A stretch of DNA of 64,000 nucleotides from assembly GCA_903896545.1 (NCBI GenBank), contig CAITYF010000159.1:5679-69678 (forward strand), in the 5' to 3' direction. This DNA comes from an uncultured Myxococcales bacterium (GTDB taxonomy: Bacteria; Myxococcota_A; UBA9042). Made by a program: the position numbers and the translations under genes. Under the pieces are notes generated by a model. That model ran no database searches, was not told the DNA's origin, and saw only the letters and a list, made by a program, of their open reading frames with translations. Of the stretch, positions 55,176 to 64,000 are shown in pieces. Within the stretch, counting starts at the first letter, position 1. The number at the start of each line of letters is the position of its first letter.

Positions 55176-56747
55176 ATGCGCACACACCTGCTGATCCTGC
55201 TGACCTTTCTGACCCTCACCGCCTGCGATACCGCCCGCGCGACCACGGAGACGCCCGTGGTTTACGACGGCAAGCCGCTGACGCTGGGGCAACCGCCGTT
55301 CCTCTTTCCCGCCAACTTCCAGTTCGGCAGCGCCGTCGCCCAGTATCAGGGCGAAGGAACGTGGCTTCCGACCGGCAAGAGCGTCCAGTCCAACTGGTCC
55401 GAATGGGAGGACATGGGCAAGTGCAACGGCGATCACAGCGGCAAAGCGTCCGGCTTTCGTGAGCAATGGCAAGCCGACATTGATCGCATGGCGGCCATGG
55501 GCCTGACTTCTTTCCGGTTCTCGCTCGATTGGCCGCGGCTGGAGCCCAAGCACGGGCAGTTTGACCAGGCGGAAATGGACCACGTCATCGACGTGATCAA
55601 GGCCGCGCGCGCAAAAAACATCAAGGTTTTCCTCACTTTCTTCCACTGGACGACGCCAACGGACGTGGCCAGTCCAACCGGCTGCGATGTCGCCAAAAAG
55701 TCGTGTCCCGTCGACATGCTCGGTGTCTACAATCCAGAATTCACAAAGCGTTTTGGTGAGTTTGTGACGTGGGTTGCGCCGCAGGTGAAGGGCTACGTCG
55801 ACGAATACCCGATCATCAACGAGCCGTTTTCCGTGATCGCGGGCAGCTATCTCCAGGGCTCGCTGCCACCCGGTTTTGCGCTCGACCTGAACGGCGCGCG
55901 CGCGGTTTTTGCCAACCTCGCGTTCGCGCACGCCAAGGCGGCATCGGTGCTGCGGCAACTGGACGATGTCGACGCCGACGGCGATGGCGTGGCGCAGTCG
56001 ATCGGTTGTGCGATGGCGGCCATGCCGTTCTTGCCCTTGGACCCGAACTCTGCGGACGACATCGCCGCTGCCGCGCGGTTGAACTACGCGGCCAACGACG
56101 CGTGGCTGGACACGCTGACGAGCGGCAATCTGGACCTCGATCTGGACGGCAAATTCACGACCGCTACAACGACGCCACCGGAAGGAAACTACCCGGAGCT
56201 TAAAGGTTCTCTGGACTGGATTGGCCTGAATTACTACGGGCCCTCGCGCGCGCAGGCAGTGCCCGGACTGATGGCAGGCATCGACGCGCTGCCGGTGACT
56301 GACGTGGCGTCCTACGACTCGAACCTGCCGCACAACGAGCTGGGTACGGAAATCAACGCGAAGGTCTTCCTTGATGTCGTCTCGCACGCCGCGACGCGCT
56401 GGAAACTTCCGCTCTACATCACGGAAAATGGCACAGCGGACGCCAAGGACGTGCAGCGCCCGCGTTATCTCATCGAGCATCTGGCCGTCGTCGCGGCGGC
56501 GATCGCGCGCGGCATCGATGTTCGCGGCTACATGCACTGGTCGATTTTGGACAACTTTGAGTGGGCACACGGCAATGGCCCGCGGTTTGGGCTCTTTGCC
56601 GTGGACTATTCCAAGGCGGACCTGCCGCGGACAAAGACGCAATCGGCGGACGTCTATTCTGAAATCATTGGTCAACACGCGATTTCTGCGACGCTGTACC
56701 AGAAATGGACGGCGCAGAAGTACGTCACCGATAAGACAACGCCATGA
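55176..56747 (+). CDS. Glycoside hydrolase family 1 lipoprotein
   Basis: FPANFQFGSAVAQYQGEG, FRFSLDWPRLEP, INEP (acid/base), ITENG (nucleophile), DNFEW, RFGL. Confidence 0.93.
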   Translation: MRTHLLILLTFLTLTACDTARATTETPVVYDGKPLTLGQPPFLFPANFQFGSAVAQYQGEGTWLPTGKSVQSNWSEWEDMGKCNGDHSGKASGFREQWQADIDRMAAMGLTSFRFSLDWPRLEPKHGQFDQAEMDHVIDVIKAARAKNIKVFLTFFHWTTPTDVASPTGCDVAKKSCPVDMLGVYNPEFTKRFGEFVTWVAPQVKGYVDEYPIINEPFSVIAGSYLQGSLPPGFALDLNGARAVFANLAFAHAKAASVLRQLDDVDADGDGVAQSIGCAMAAMPFLPLDPNSADDIAAAARLNYAANDAWLDTLTSGNLDLDLDGKFTTATTTPPEGNYPELKGSLDWIGLNYYGPSRAQAVPGLMAGIDALPVTDVASYDSNLPHNELGTEINAKVFLDVVSHAATRWKLPLYITENGTADAKDVQRPRYLIEHLAVVAAAIARGIDVRGYMHWSILDNFEWAHGNGPRFGLFAVDYSKADLPRTKTQSADVYSEIIGQHAISATLYQKWTAQKYVTDKTTP

Positions 56748-57517
56748 CGGACATGCTTGACCCAAAGGCCTGCAACGCGCAACTTACTGGTGCGAGCTGC
56801 GGGGGCTCGTGCGGGGGACCGAATTTGGGCGCGTTCGTGCACACGACTGCATTTCGCACAGCTGACGTCGCGGCGCTCTCTGCGGCGATTTGCCGGTATG
56901 CGGAAGCACACGGCGTCGTCACGACGGAAGTCCCTGTCAGCGACGAATTTGCCAGCAATACGCTGCTTTTTCAGCCCCAAAACGGCTGGACTGTGGTCTT
57001 TTGGCCGGACTACTTCTTGGGCCACGACGTCGCCGCGGCGCTCGCCTTGTCACGCGAATTGCACGTGGTGGCGTCGGTCGTCTTTGTCGAAGATGGGCGC
57101 TACTGGGCGCACGTGCTGGTAGAAAACGGCGCGGTTGTCGATCGCTTTTGCCCGCATCCCGGTCGCGTCGCGCAGATTGCGCCTGCTGCTGCGTGGCGCG
57201 GAGAGGCGGCCCTTCAGGCACAGAAGTTTGGCGTTCCCGTCGCCGATTTGGCTCCGTACCTGCGGGATTTGGACGCCGCTGCTGAAGCCGCGAAACCGCC
57301 CAAGCCGGGATTTTTCGCGCGTTTTTTCGCGCCGGAACCGCCGCCGTTTGCCGCGGGTCCGGCGTTTCCCGACGACGAATACGATCTCGACGACTACGAC
57401 GTTTTTGTCGATTTCTGGCGTCGCGCTGGCATTCACTGGCCTGCGGACATGGAACTCGCGACACCCGCGTACAGTTGGCGCTTTGCCGATGACTACGCCG
57501 AGAAGTTGCCCAAGTAG
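56744..57517 (+). CDS. Hypothetical protein
   Basis: ATGA overlap with GH1; protein-like composition; true start may be downstream. Confidence 0.6.
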   Translation: MTDMLDPKACNAQLTGASCGGSCGGPNLGAFVHTTAFRTADVAALSAAICRYAEAHGVVTTEVPVSDEFASNTLLFQPQNGWTVVFWPDYFLGHDVAAALALSRELHVVASVVFVEDGRYWAHVLVENGAVVDRFCPHPGRVAQIAPAAAWRGEAALQAQKFGVPVADLAPYLRDLDAAAEAAKPPKPGFFARFFAPEPPPFAAGPAFPDDEYDLDDYDVFVDFWRRAGIHWPADMELATPAYSWRFADDYAEKLPK

Positions 57518-57745
57518 CTTTCCCTCGCTGTTGAAATTTACGACAGTCTGTGGTGGAAAATCCTACATTGTGGCGGGTCGTCGCCCGTCCCTGGAAATTC
57601 GCAGCGCGGCACAAGCGCTTTGGCGTCAGCATCTTATCTTTCTGGTGCGGATTCTTCCGCGGGTGGTCCGGTCTTTGCACCATCCATCTGGCGCGCGGCG
57701 TCGCTGACGATTCCCCCCCGCGCCCTGACTTGCCGGAGGTGTTTC

Positions 57746-60001
57746 ATGTTCGCGTTTCCTCGCCATTTGATGGTCACCGTCGCGTGCCTCGCGCTCGCGG
57801 CGTGCACGTCGACGCCTGCTTCCACGACGGGCGATCCGCCTGTGGACACCGGAATTCCCGTTACCGGCAAGCCGACGGTCAACGCGCAAAAGACGCAATT
57901 TCTTACGTCTTTCAAGCCGGTTGTCGCCGCCGGCAAGGACATGACGCTGGAGCAGTTTCTCGCGGCGCACACGCCGGCGGATGCGGTCAAGCCGATTACA
58001 CCGACGACGGATCCGCTCACGGCCAAGAACATGGACCTCGTGGACCAGAAGCTGACGCTGACCCAGGGCGAAAAAGACAAGATCAAGGCGAACGGCTTTG
58101 TTGTCTCGGACCGGTTGCAGCGCGACACGATGGCGCAGGCGCTGCTGGAAGTGTTCCAGAAGGACCTGCCGGTGGTCGTGACGACGGACGCGATTTTGCA
58201 GGCGCTGCACGCGTCGTATGACGACATTTTGAAGACGCTGGAGCAGTTTGCGCTGCTCGGCATCATCGACGACGCGTTGGGTAAGGCGCAGGGCGCGCTG
58301 ACGGCGCTGGACGTGGGTACGGCGCCCGATGCGCTGTTGGCCAAGCAGGACGCGGATCTGTACCTGACGGTGGCGCGTAGCCTGCTGGCCGGGACGACGA
58401 AGCCGAGCTTGGGCGGCGCGGCGGTGGACGCGCAAGTGACGGAGATCCTGAACGCGGTCGCCTCCGAACAGCTGGCGGATATCCAGCTCTTTGGCAGTGC
58501 GCGCACCCTGGACTTCAGCCAGTTCAAGCCGCGTGGGCACTACGTGGGCGTGCCGGAGCTTGAACACTACTTCCGCGCGCTGATGTGGCTGGGTCGGACG
58601 GACCTGCGCTTTGCGGAACAGGACCCGGCGGGCAACTGGAAATTCCGTCCGCGGCAGCTGATGCTGGCGGTGATTCTGGGGCAAACGGTGCAGTCGAGCG
58701 GTGCGGCGACCGGTCTGCAGAATGCGGATGACCTGCTGCAGCTGATGGTCGGACCCGTCGACTACATCAACGTCGCGGGCGTGCAGAAGATTGTGTCGGA
58801 CAATAAATGGGTGAAGGCGTCTGATATCGCGGCGCTTTCTCCCGCGCAGATCGAGACGCTGGTCGGCCAATTGACGGGCGGTCAGTACGGCACGCAGCAG
58901 ATCGCCAGCCAGGTGCTGGAAGTGGATCCGACGACGAGCGAGCCGTCGCCACAGCCGCCGGCTTTTGCACTTCTGGGCCAGCGTTTTGTGATTGACTCGT
59001 ACGTGTTCAGCAACGTGACGTTTGACCGCATCATCCACAACGGCGTGAAGGTCGAGCGCGTGCTGCCCAACCCGCTGGACGTGCTGTTTGCGCTCGGCAA
59101 CGATCAGGTGCTGCCCCTGCTCGCGGGCGATTTTGCCAAACACCCGTATTGGGGCGCGCTGAACACGGTGCGCTGGCTGGTGGATCAGCACGACACGGCG
59201 TTTTGGCAGGGCAACTTGTACAACCTGTGGCTGGACGGTCTGCGGCAATTGAACGCGCCGACGACGGGCGCGCAGTTCCCGTTTGCCCTGCGGACCCCCG
59301 CGTGGCGCGACAAGACCGCGAACACGCAGCTGGCTTCTTGGGCGCAGCTGCGGCACGACACGCTGTTGTACGCCAAGCAGAGCTACACCGGCGGCGTGGC
59401 GTGCGAGCATCCGGGCGCGTACGTCGAGCCCTATCCGCAGTTCTTTGCGCGGATGAAGTTGTTGGGCCAAGTCGCCAACCAGACGCTGGCGAACTCGCCG
59501 GTCGCAGAGACGTACGTCAAGCAGCAGCTCAATCAGTTCTTCACGAACTGGCAGGACATCATGGGCAAGCTGCAGACCGCTGCCGAGCACGAGGTCGCTG
59601 GGCAAGGTACGACGGCGGAAGACCAGAAGTTCCTGAAGTCGGTGATCTCGGCGGGCAACATCTGTGGGCAGGTCTACAGCGGCTGGTACACGACGCTGTT
59701 CTTCAAGGCGGAGAGCTTGGACAAGTGGAAGCCGACGATCGCGGACGTGCACACGAATCCGAATCAAGGTCCGCTGCCGGGACCGGACGTGCTGCACGTC
59801 GCAACGGGCAATGTGAGCCTGATGGTGCTGACAGTGGACACCTGCACGGGTGCGGAGACGTTCGTCGGGCCGACGTTCCGTTACCACGAGGTCGATGTGC
59901 ACGAGATCAAGCGCCTTTCGGACCAGGACTGGGAAGCGCAGTTGAAAGACGGCTCCGCGCCGCCGCCGCCCGCGTGGACGGACTCGTTCCGCGGCAAATA
60001 G
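57746..60001 (+). CDS. DUF3160-domain lipoprotein
   Basis: GGAGG RBS, lipobox LAAC; DFSQFKPRGHY, YFRALMWLGR, LASWAQLRHDTLLYAKQSY, IADVHT. Confidence 0.88.
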   Translation: MFAFPRHLMVTVACLALAACTSTPASTTGDPPVDTGIPVTGKPTVNAQKTQFLTSFKPVVAAGKDMTLEQFLAAHTPADAVKPITPTTDPLTAKNMDLVDQKLTLTQGEKDKIKANGFVVSDRLQRDTMAQALLEVFQKDLPVVVTTDAILQALHASYDDILKTLEQFALLGIIDDALGKAQGALTALDVGTAPDALLAKQDADLYLTVARSLLAGTTKPSLGGAAVDAQVTEILNAVASEQLADIQLFGSARTLDFSQFKPRGHYVGVPELEHYFRALMWLGRTDLRFAEQDPAGNWKFRPRQLMLAVILGQTVQSSGAATGLQNADDLLQLMVGPVDYINVAGVQKIVSDNKWVKASDIAALSPAQIETLVGQLTGGQYGTQQIASQVLEVDPTTSEPSPQPPAFALLGQRFVIDSYVFSNVTFDRIIHNGVKVERVLPNPLDVLFALGNDQVLPLLAGDFAKHPYWGALNTVRWLVDQHDTAFWQGNLYNLWLDGLRQLNAPTTGAQFPFALRTPAWRDKTANTQLASWAQLRHDTLLYAKQSYTGGVACEHPGAYVEPYPQFFARMKLLGQVANQTLANSPVAETYVKQQLNQFFTNWQDIMGKLQTAAEHEVAGQGTTAEDQKFLKSVISAGNICGQVYSGWYTTLFFKAESLDKWKPTIADVHTNPNQGPLPGPDVLHVATGNVSLMVLTVDTCTGAETFVGPTFRYHEVDVHEIKRLSDQDWEAQLKDGSAPPPPAWTDSFRGK

Positions 60002-60073
60002 CGACGATTTGCACGCCTCCGGATGCCGCCTATCTTGTCGTCACGCCGGAGATTCGGCGCTTTGGGTTGCGTC

Positions 60074-60628
60074 ATGTCCTCGGCTGTCGTCCCGCTTTCT
60101 TTCTCACCGCCGCAGGCTTGGCAGCGCACACGCCGCGTCTTTGGCATCGTCATCGTGCTGGCGATCCTCGCCCCGATGGGGATCATCTCCCGCGTGTTGG
60201 AGCGCCCCGAAGAAGCCGCGAAGATCCACGGGCTGCCGCTGCAAATCACGCTGCTGGTGACGGCGATCGTGCTGCCTCTTTTGGCGATTTGGCTGGTCTG
60301 GCTGTGCTTTGCCGGCGCCGAGCGCCTGCGCTTTGAGGTTGTGGACGGCACGCTGAAGGTACACACGTTGATGCGGACGTACACGATGCCGCTGCACGGC
60401 GTGGTGGCGAAGCGGACGCAGGCGAAGCTGAGCTTGCGGCTGGCGGGCACCGGGCTGCCCGGTCTGTACACGGGGCTCTACCTGCTGGGCGACCAGCGTG
60501 CGCGCGTCTGGGCGACGGTGCGTGAAGGCGGCGTCGTTCTGGAAGGCGACAAGCGGTGGTTCCTGACGCCCGCGGACATCGACGGTTTTCTGGCGGCCGT
60601 CAAGGCGGCCGGCGCGCACGTGCAGTAG
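60074..60628 (+). CDS. Membrane protein with bacterial PH-like domain
   Basis: Two TMs followed by LRLAGTGLPGLYTGLY...FLTPAD. Confidence 0.7.
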   Translation: MSSAVVPLSFSPPQAWQRTRRVFGIVIVLAILAPMGIISRVLERPEEAAKIHGLPLQITLLVTAIVLPLLAIWLVWLCFAGAERLRFEVVDGTLKVHTLMRTYTMPLHGVVAKRTQAKLSLRLAGTGLPGLYTGLYLLGDQRARVWATVREGGVVLEGDKRWFLTPADIDGFLAAVKAAGAHVQ

Positions 60629-60631
60629 CGG

Positions 60632-61513
60632 CTACTTCAGCGGGCGAATCGAACCGCGCAAGTGCACCGTTTTGCCGCTCTTGTTGGCAATGACGAATTC
60701 CAGACCGTCCGCGCCACGCGCCACATTCAGCACGACGTTGGACGGCAGAAACACCGGCTTGCGAAACGCGACATCGATGCTGTACGGCGTCTGCGGCAGC
60801 GCGTCCTGACACGCCGCGACGGCGCGCGCGAGCGACCACATGCCGTGGATGATGGCGCGCGGGAAGCCAAAAGGCTTGGCCAGGAGCGCGTGCTGGTGGA
60901 TCGGGTTGAAGTCGCCCGCGACGCGCGCGTAGCGACGCCCCAAGTCTTCCGGCACGCGCAGGTCAAGCGTGTGCAGCGGCGTTGTCGGACCGGTCGACTC
61001 GGCACTTGCGATTTTGGACGGCGGCGTCCCGCGTTTGACCTTGCGCGCCCGCGACAGCATCGTGATGACCGCGCGCCAGACGACCTTGTCGTTGACCGTA
61101 GCGACAGTAACGAGGTCGATCTCGTCGCCCTTGTCGGTCACGCGCACCGGCTCCAAGTGACACGCGTAGTGCAACGGCGCGTCCACGGCGATCGGCGCGT
61201 ACTGTTCGATGTGGTTGCGCAGGTGCACGACGCCCATCGCGGGCAGCGGGAAGGTCGGATCGGTCAACATCTGCATGTGCAGCGCGCCGCATGCGACTTG
61301 GGGCCAGGTGGGCGGCAGCGTCGGCGTGTCGGCGAACCCGGTCAGCTCGCGGTACGCGGCCAAACGCGGACGGTCCAGCGGTTGCGGCAGCAGCGCCATT
61401 TCCAGCCGAGGCAGGGTCATCTCGCCCTTGGGCGACTTCCTCGATGCCAAGATGGCGCGCAACCACGAAGGCGCGAAGTGCGGCGGTTTGGCGAACGTGC
61501 GTGGCGCGGTCAT
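60632..61513 (-). CDS. MaoC-family (R)-specific dehydratase/hydratase, double hot-dog
   Basis: GVVHLRNHI, YARVAGDFNPIH, AIIHGMW, FRKPVFLP. Confidence 0.9.
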   Translation of the reverse strand: MTAPRTFAKPPHFAPSWLRAILASRKSPKGEMTLPRLEMALLPQPLDRPRLAAYRELTGFADTPTLPPTWPQVACGALHMQMLTDPTFPLPAMGVVHLRNHIEQYAPIAVDAPLHYACHLEPVRVTDKGDEIDLVTVATVNDKVVWRAVITMLSRARKVKRGTPPSKIASAESTGPTTPLHTLDLRVPEDLGRRYARVAGDFNPIHQHALLAKPFGFPRAIIHGMWSLARAVAACQDALPQTPYSIDVAFRKPVFLPSNVVLNVARGADGLEFVIANKSGKTVHLRGSIRPLK

Positions 61514-61576
61514 GGCGAATCCTTTGTGCGCCAGAATCCAGCGCGCGCGGAATTCACTGCCAAAGCGCGGATGGTG

Positions 61577-62584
61577 TCAAGGCAGGAGGAAACGCAGCAC
61601 TTCGTTGGGACGCACGTACTCGCCCAAGAGACGGACGGCGCGGCGAAAATCGAGCGCGACTTGCACAGCGATGACTGCGACAAGGCCCCACGCTAGCGCT
61701 GGCTGCTGTGCGGCCGGCAGAACGCCCAGCGCGCCAGCAGCTGCAAAACCCACGGCGATGTACAACACAACGGGCGGCGGACCGATCGTGTGATCCTTCA
61801 CGACGCGGCCCATCAGACGGCGACCGCCGGTCAGCGGCCCCGTCAGCGCGACGAGCGTGAAGATGGCGAGCATCGGCGCCGCACCGCGCAGACCCCACGC
61901 GACGAAGCAGCCCAGAAAGGCGAGAATCTCGAACGCTTCGCCCAGCTGCTTGCGCGTGCGGCCCATCGGACCGACGACGGTGGCACCGCCTGCGAAGACT
62001 GCGAGCAAGACGAAGAGGTCGATGCCGTCGTAGCCGCGCCAGGTGAACGTGTACATGGCATCGGGCCCCAGAATCGCGAACGTGAGCAGCAGGAGGAGCG
62101 CGCACGTCAGCCCTTCCAGCGTGCCAAAACGCCCCATGTACATCCGCCCGGTGACGCGTTGCTCCCAGAACGTGAGCGCCATGCTGGCGACGAGCGTGGC
62201 GACGATGCCCAACGTCCGCGCGTCGTGCACGCCGAGCGCGTAGGCGCTGCCCACAAAGACGAAGAGACCGTTGACGCTGTCCAGCCAGTGGTCCAGGAAC
62301 TCGCCGAGCGGCGACGTCGTGCCGGTTGCGCGCGCGTGCGGGCCGTCGAGGTTGTCGCATAGCATGTAGCCCGCAAAGCAGAGCATCACGGCAAAAAGGC
62401 TGAGGTGCGACGGCGTCGTGGCGAGCGCAATCGTGAAGCCAGTCGCGCCGCAGGTCAGCGACGAGAGCGTCAGCGAATTGGCGGACACCGACCGCGGAAT
62501 CCGCTTGACCAACGGCTGCACGATGTACTTGGTTACGTACGGCAGCAGAAACGAACGGTCATGCAGAACGTATTTGACGGTCAT
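61577..62584 (-). CDS. CDP-alcohol phosphotransferase resembling eukaryotic choline/ethanolamine phosphotransferases
   Basis: Motif DNLDGPHARATGTTSPLGEFLDHWLD; N-terminus KYVLHDRSFLLPY...IP..VSANSLT; multi-TM. Confidence 0.8.
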   Translation of the reverse strand: MTVKYVLHDRSFLLPYVTKYIVQPLVKRIPRSVSANSLTLSSLTCGATGFTIALATTPSHLSLFAVMLCFAGYMLCDNLDGPHARATGTTSPLGEFLDHWLDSVNGLFVFVGSAYALGVHDARTLGIVATLVASMALTFWEQRVTGRMYMGRFGTLEGLTCALLLLLTFAILGPDAMYTFTWRGYDGIDLFVLLAVFAGGATVVGPMGRTRKQLGEAFEILAFLGCFVAWGLRGAAPMLAIFTLVALTGPLTGGRRLMGRVVKDHTIGPPPVVLYIAVGFAAAGALGVLPAAQQPALAWGLVAVIAVQVALDFRRAVRLLGEYVRPNEVLRFLLP

Positions 62585-62596
62585 CGGTGGCTCCAC

Positions 62597-63340
62597 TCAG
62601 AACTTGGCGTCCAGTGCTTCCACCTCGGCCAGCATCGCCTTGGCGTTCTCGACGTCGCTGTCAAAATCAATTTCCGTCCACGGCAAGTCGCCCACGAGGG
62701 TGTACCCGCCCGGATTCGTCGCCAACGCGCGGATCATCACCACTTCGTACTCGGACTTGATGAGCCCTTCCGCGATGCAATCCACCATGTGTTTCTTCAG
62801 CACCGGAGCGTCTTCCGCGGCGAACTTCGTGAAGCCGACGGTCTCGCCCTTCAGATCCCAACCCGGTCCGACGAAGCGGTCAATCGCGCGCACCTTGCCG
62901 TCCTTGATGCCGACGGTCATTTCCTCACCGGTTTCCAGACTCGTTTCATCGACCACAAACGACGTTCCCGGCGACTGCACCAAGCGGCGCATCAGTTCCT
63001 TGGGGTAGAGCACGTCGGCGTCCATGAGGATCGCGCCGTCCGCGTGGTCGTCGATGTGGTCAATCGCTGTGTTGAACGACAAGATGGCGCCGTCGGTGTA
63101 GCGCGTGTTCTCCAGGAACTGCACGCGTGCCGCGTCGGGGCGTTGCGCCACGGCCGCGCGGATCTGCGCGCCGCAGTGACCCAGCACGATGATGACGTCG
63201 TGCACGCCGCACGCCGCGAGCGCGTCCAAGTGGCGATCCAGGAGCGTCTTGCCGTTCAGCGGCAGCAGGCACTTCGGGCGGTCTTCCGTGTAGGGGCGAA
63301 GGCGGCGACCGACACCGGCGGCGAGGAGAATGGCTTTCAT
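62597..63340 (-). CDS. LicC/PntC-like (phosphocholine or phosphonate) cytidylyltransferase
   Basis: MKAILLAAGVGRRL..YTEDRPKCLL, MDADVL, GEEM, GETVGFTK, WTEIDFDSD. Confidence 0.8.
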   Translation of the reverse strand: MKAILLAAGVGRRLRPYTEDRPKCLLPLNGKTLLDRHLDALAACGVHDVIIVLGHCGAQIRAAVAQRPDAARVQFLENTRYTDGAILSFNTAIDHIDDHADGAILMDADVLYPKELMRRLVQSPGTSFVVDETSLETGEEMTVGIKDGKVRAIDRFVGPGWDLKGETVGFTKFAAEDAPVLKKHMVDCIAEGLIKSEYEVVMIRALATNPGGYTLVGDLPWTEIDFDSDVENAKAMLAEVEALDAKF

Positions 63341-63408
63341 GTCGCAGGCTCACGTGTGGCGGTGACTTGCCACGATGGCGGGGATGATGCGACGGCTTGG
63401 GCGTGGTT

Positions 63409-63446
63409 GCAACTTGGCGGAGACACGATGGTGACGTTGCGGTGAC
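63409..63446 (-). promoter_or_regulatory. PHO-box-like tandem repeats upstream of the cytidylyltransferase operon
   Basis: Minus strand GTCAC-N6-GTCAC-N6-GTCTC-N6-GTTGC (11-bp period). Confidence 0.5.
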
Positions 63447-63483
63447 GAAGTGGGGCGGAGGTGTTCTGCGTCGCCCGACTACA

Positions 63484-63609
63484 ACCCAGCCAATGAATTG
63501 GCGGGCTAACATTGCCGTGCCTGCCTACGCAGGCACGTGAACCAGGGGCGCACCGGCAGCCCGCGTAGGCGGGCTGCGCAATGATAGCCCGCCGTTTCAA
63601 CGGCTGGGT
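63484..63609. repeat. Inverted doublet of 54-bp palindromic REP-like units (REPIN-like)
   Basis: 63484-63537 matches the reverse complement of 63556-63609 (ACCCAGCC..TGAA..GGCGGGCTA.CATTGC); each unit has two hairpins with compensatory changes. Confidence 0.8.
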
Positions 63610-63733
63610 CGTTCTCGACAACCGCACCGGGTTGACCTCGACGACATCCCTGTCTCGCCATCGCGAACCGCACACGGTTGACCTTTCCCCCCATTGCCCC
63701 GACCATGCCAATCGGCGCAGGAGGCGCGATTCG

Positions 63734-64000
63734 ATGGCACGGCAAACGGTGGAAGAACGACGCGCGCAGCTCCTGCAACTCGGCCGCGAGCTGTTTTCCA
63801 CGCACGCCTACGACGCCATTTCCACCGACGACATCGCGCGCGCGGCGGGCATCTCCAAGGGCCTGCTCTACCACTACTTTCCCGGCAAGCGCGAGTACTA
63901 CGTGGCGACCGTCGCGTCGCTTGCCGACGAGCTTTTGGCGCACCTGACGTTCGCGCGCGACGAGGAAGTCCACGTTGTGTTGGATCGCACGCTGGGGCAA
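63734..64000 (+). CDS. TetR/AcrR-family regulator (3'-truncated, not in the ORF track)
   Basis: GGAGG RBS; MARQTVEERRAQLLQLGRELFSTHAYDAISTDDIARAAGISKGLLYHYFPGK. Confidence 0.9.
   Translation, partial: MARQTVEERRAQLLQLGRELFSTHAYDAISTDDIARAAGISKGLLYHYFPGKREYYVATVASLADELLAHLTFARDEEVHVVLDRTLGQ

Noticed and set aside
57608-57625. CGGCAC as a possible sigma54 promoter upstream of the DUF3160 gene
   Set aside because: There is no GC at the required -12 position (GG-N10-GC is not met).

Overview
GC-rich bacterial window that appears to come from a Myxococcota/Deltaproteobacteria-type organism, judged by a MYXO-CTERM-like motif, a Tgl-like pilotin, Cys-rich repeat lipoproteins and PEGA/FGE proteins. 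In order it holds: (i) a 5'-truncated surface protein fused through an internal MYXO-CTERM-like segment to a TraB-like barrel/TSP3/OmpA module; (ii) a MerR-HTH/vWA pair with a palindromic operator, and a LysR/lactonase-like MBL pair; (iii) a rearranged dcw cluster (mraZ-rsmH-ftsL-[tgl-like]-ftsI-murE-murF-mraY-ftsW-murG-ftsQ-ftsA-ftsZ, with no murD, murC, murB or ddl) plus MraZ boxes; (iv) a phosphate-scavenging operon (propeller-phosphoesterase, PPIase, porin, metallophosphoesterase) and a glycosyltransferase; (v) an ECF sigma/anti-sigma/PEGA/FGE/Trm112 operon, 2-oxoacid dehydrogenase E1beta/E2 and speE-phoBR; (vi) an ECF-ZAS fusion divergent from a thiol/persulfide redox operon containing two microproteins below the ORF-track cut-off; (vii) Cys-rich surface proteins, GH1 and DUF3160; (viii) a LicC/PntC-like cytidylyltransferase coupled to a eukaryote-like choline/ethanolamine phosphotransferase, an inverted REP-like doublet and a truncated TetR. 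PHO-box-like repeats with an 11-bp period recur upstream of several phosphorus-related loci. I saw no rRNA, tRNA, CRISPR array or transposase. All family calls come from motif recognition by eye, not from database searches.
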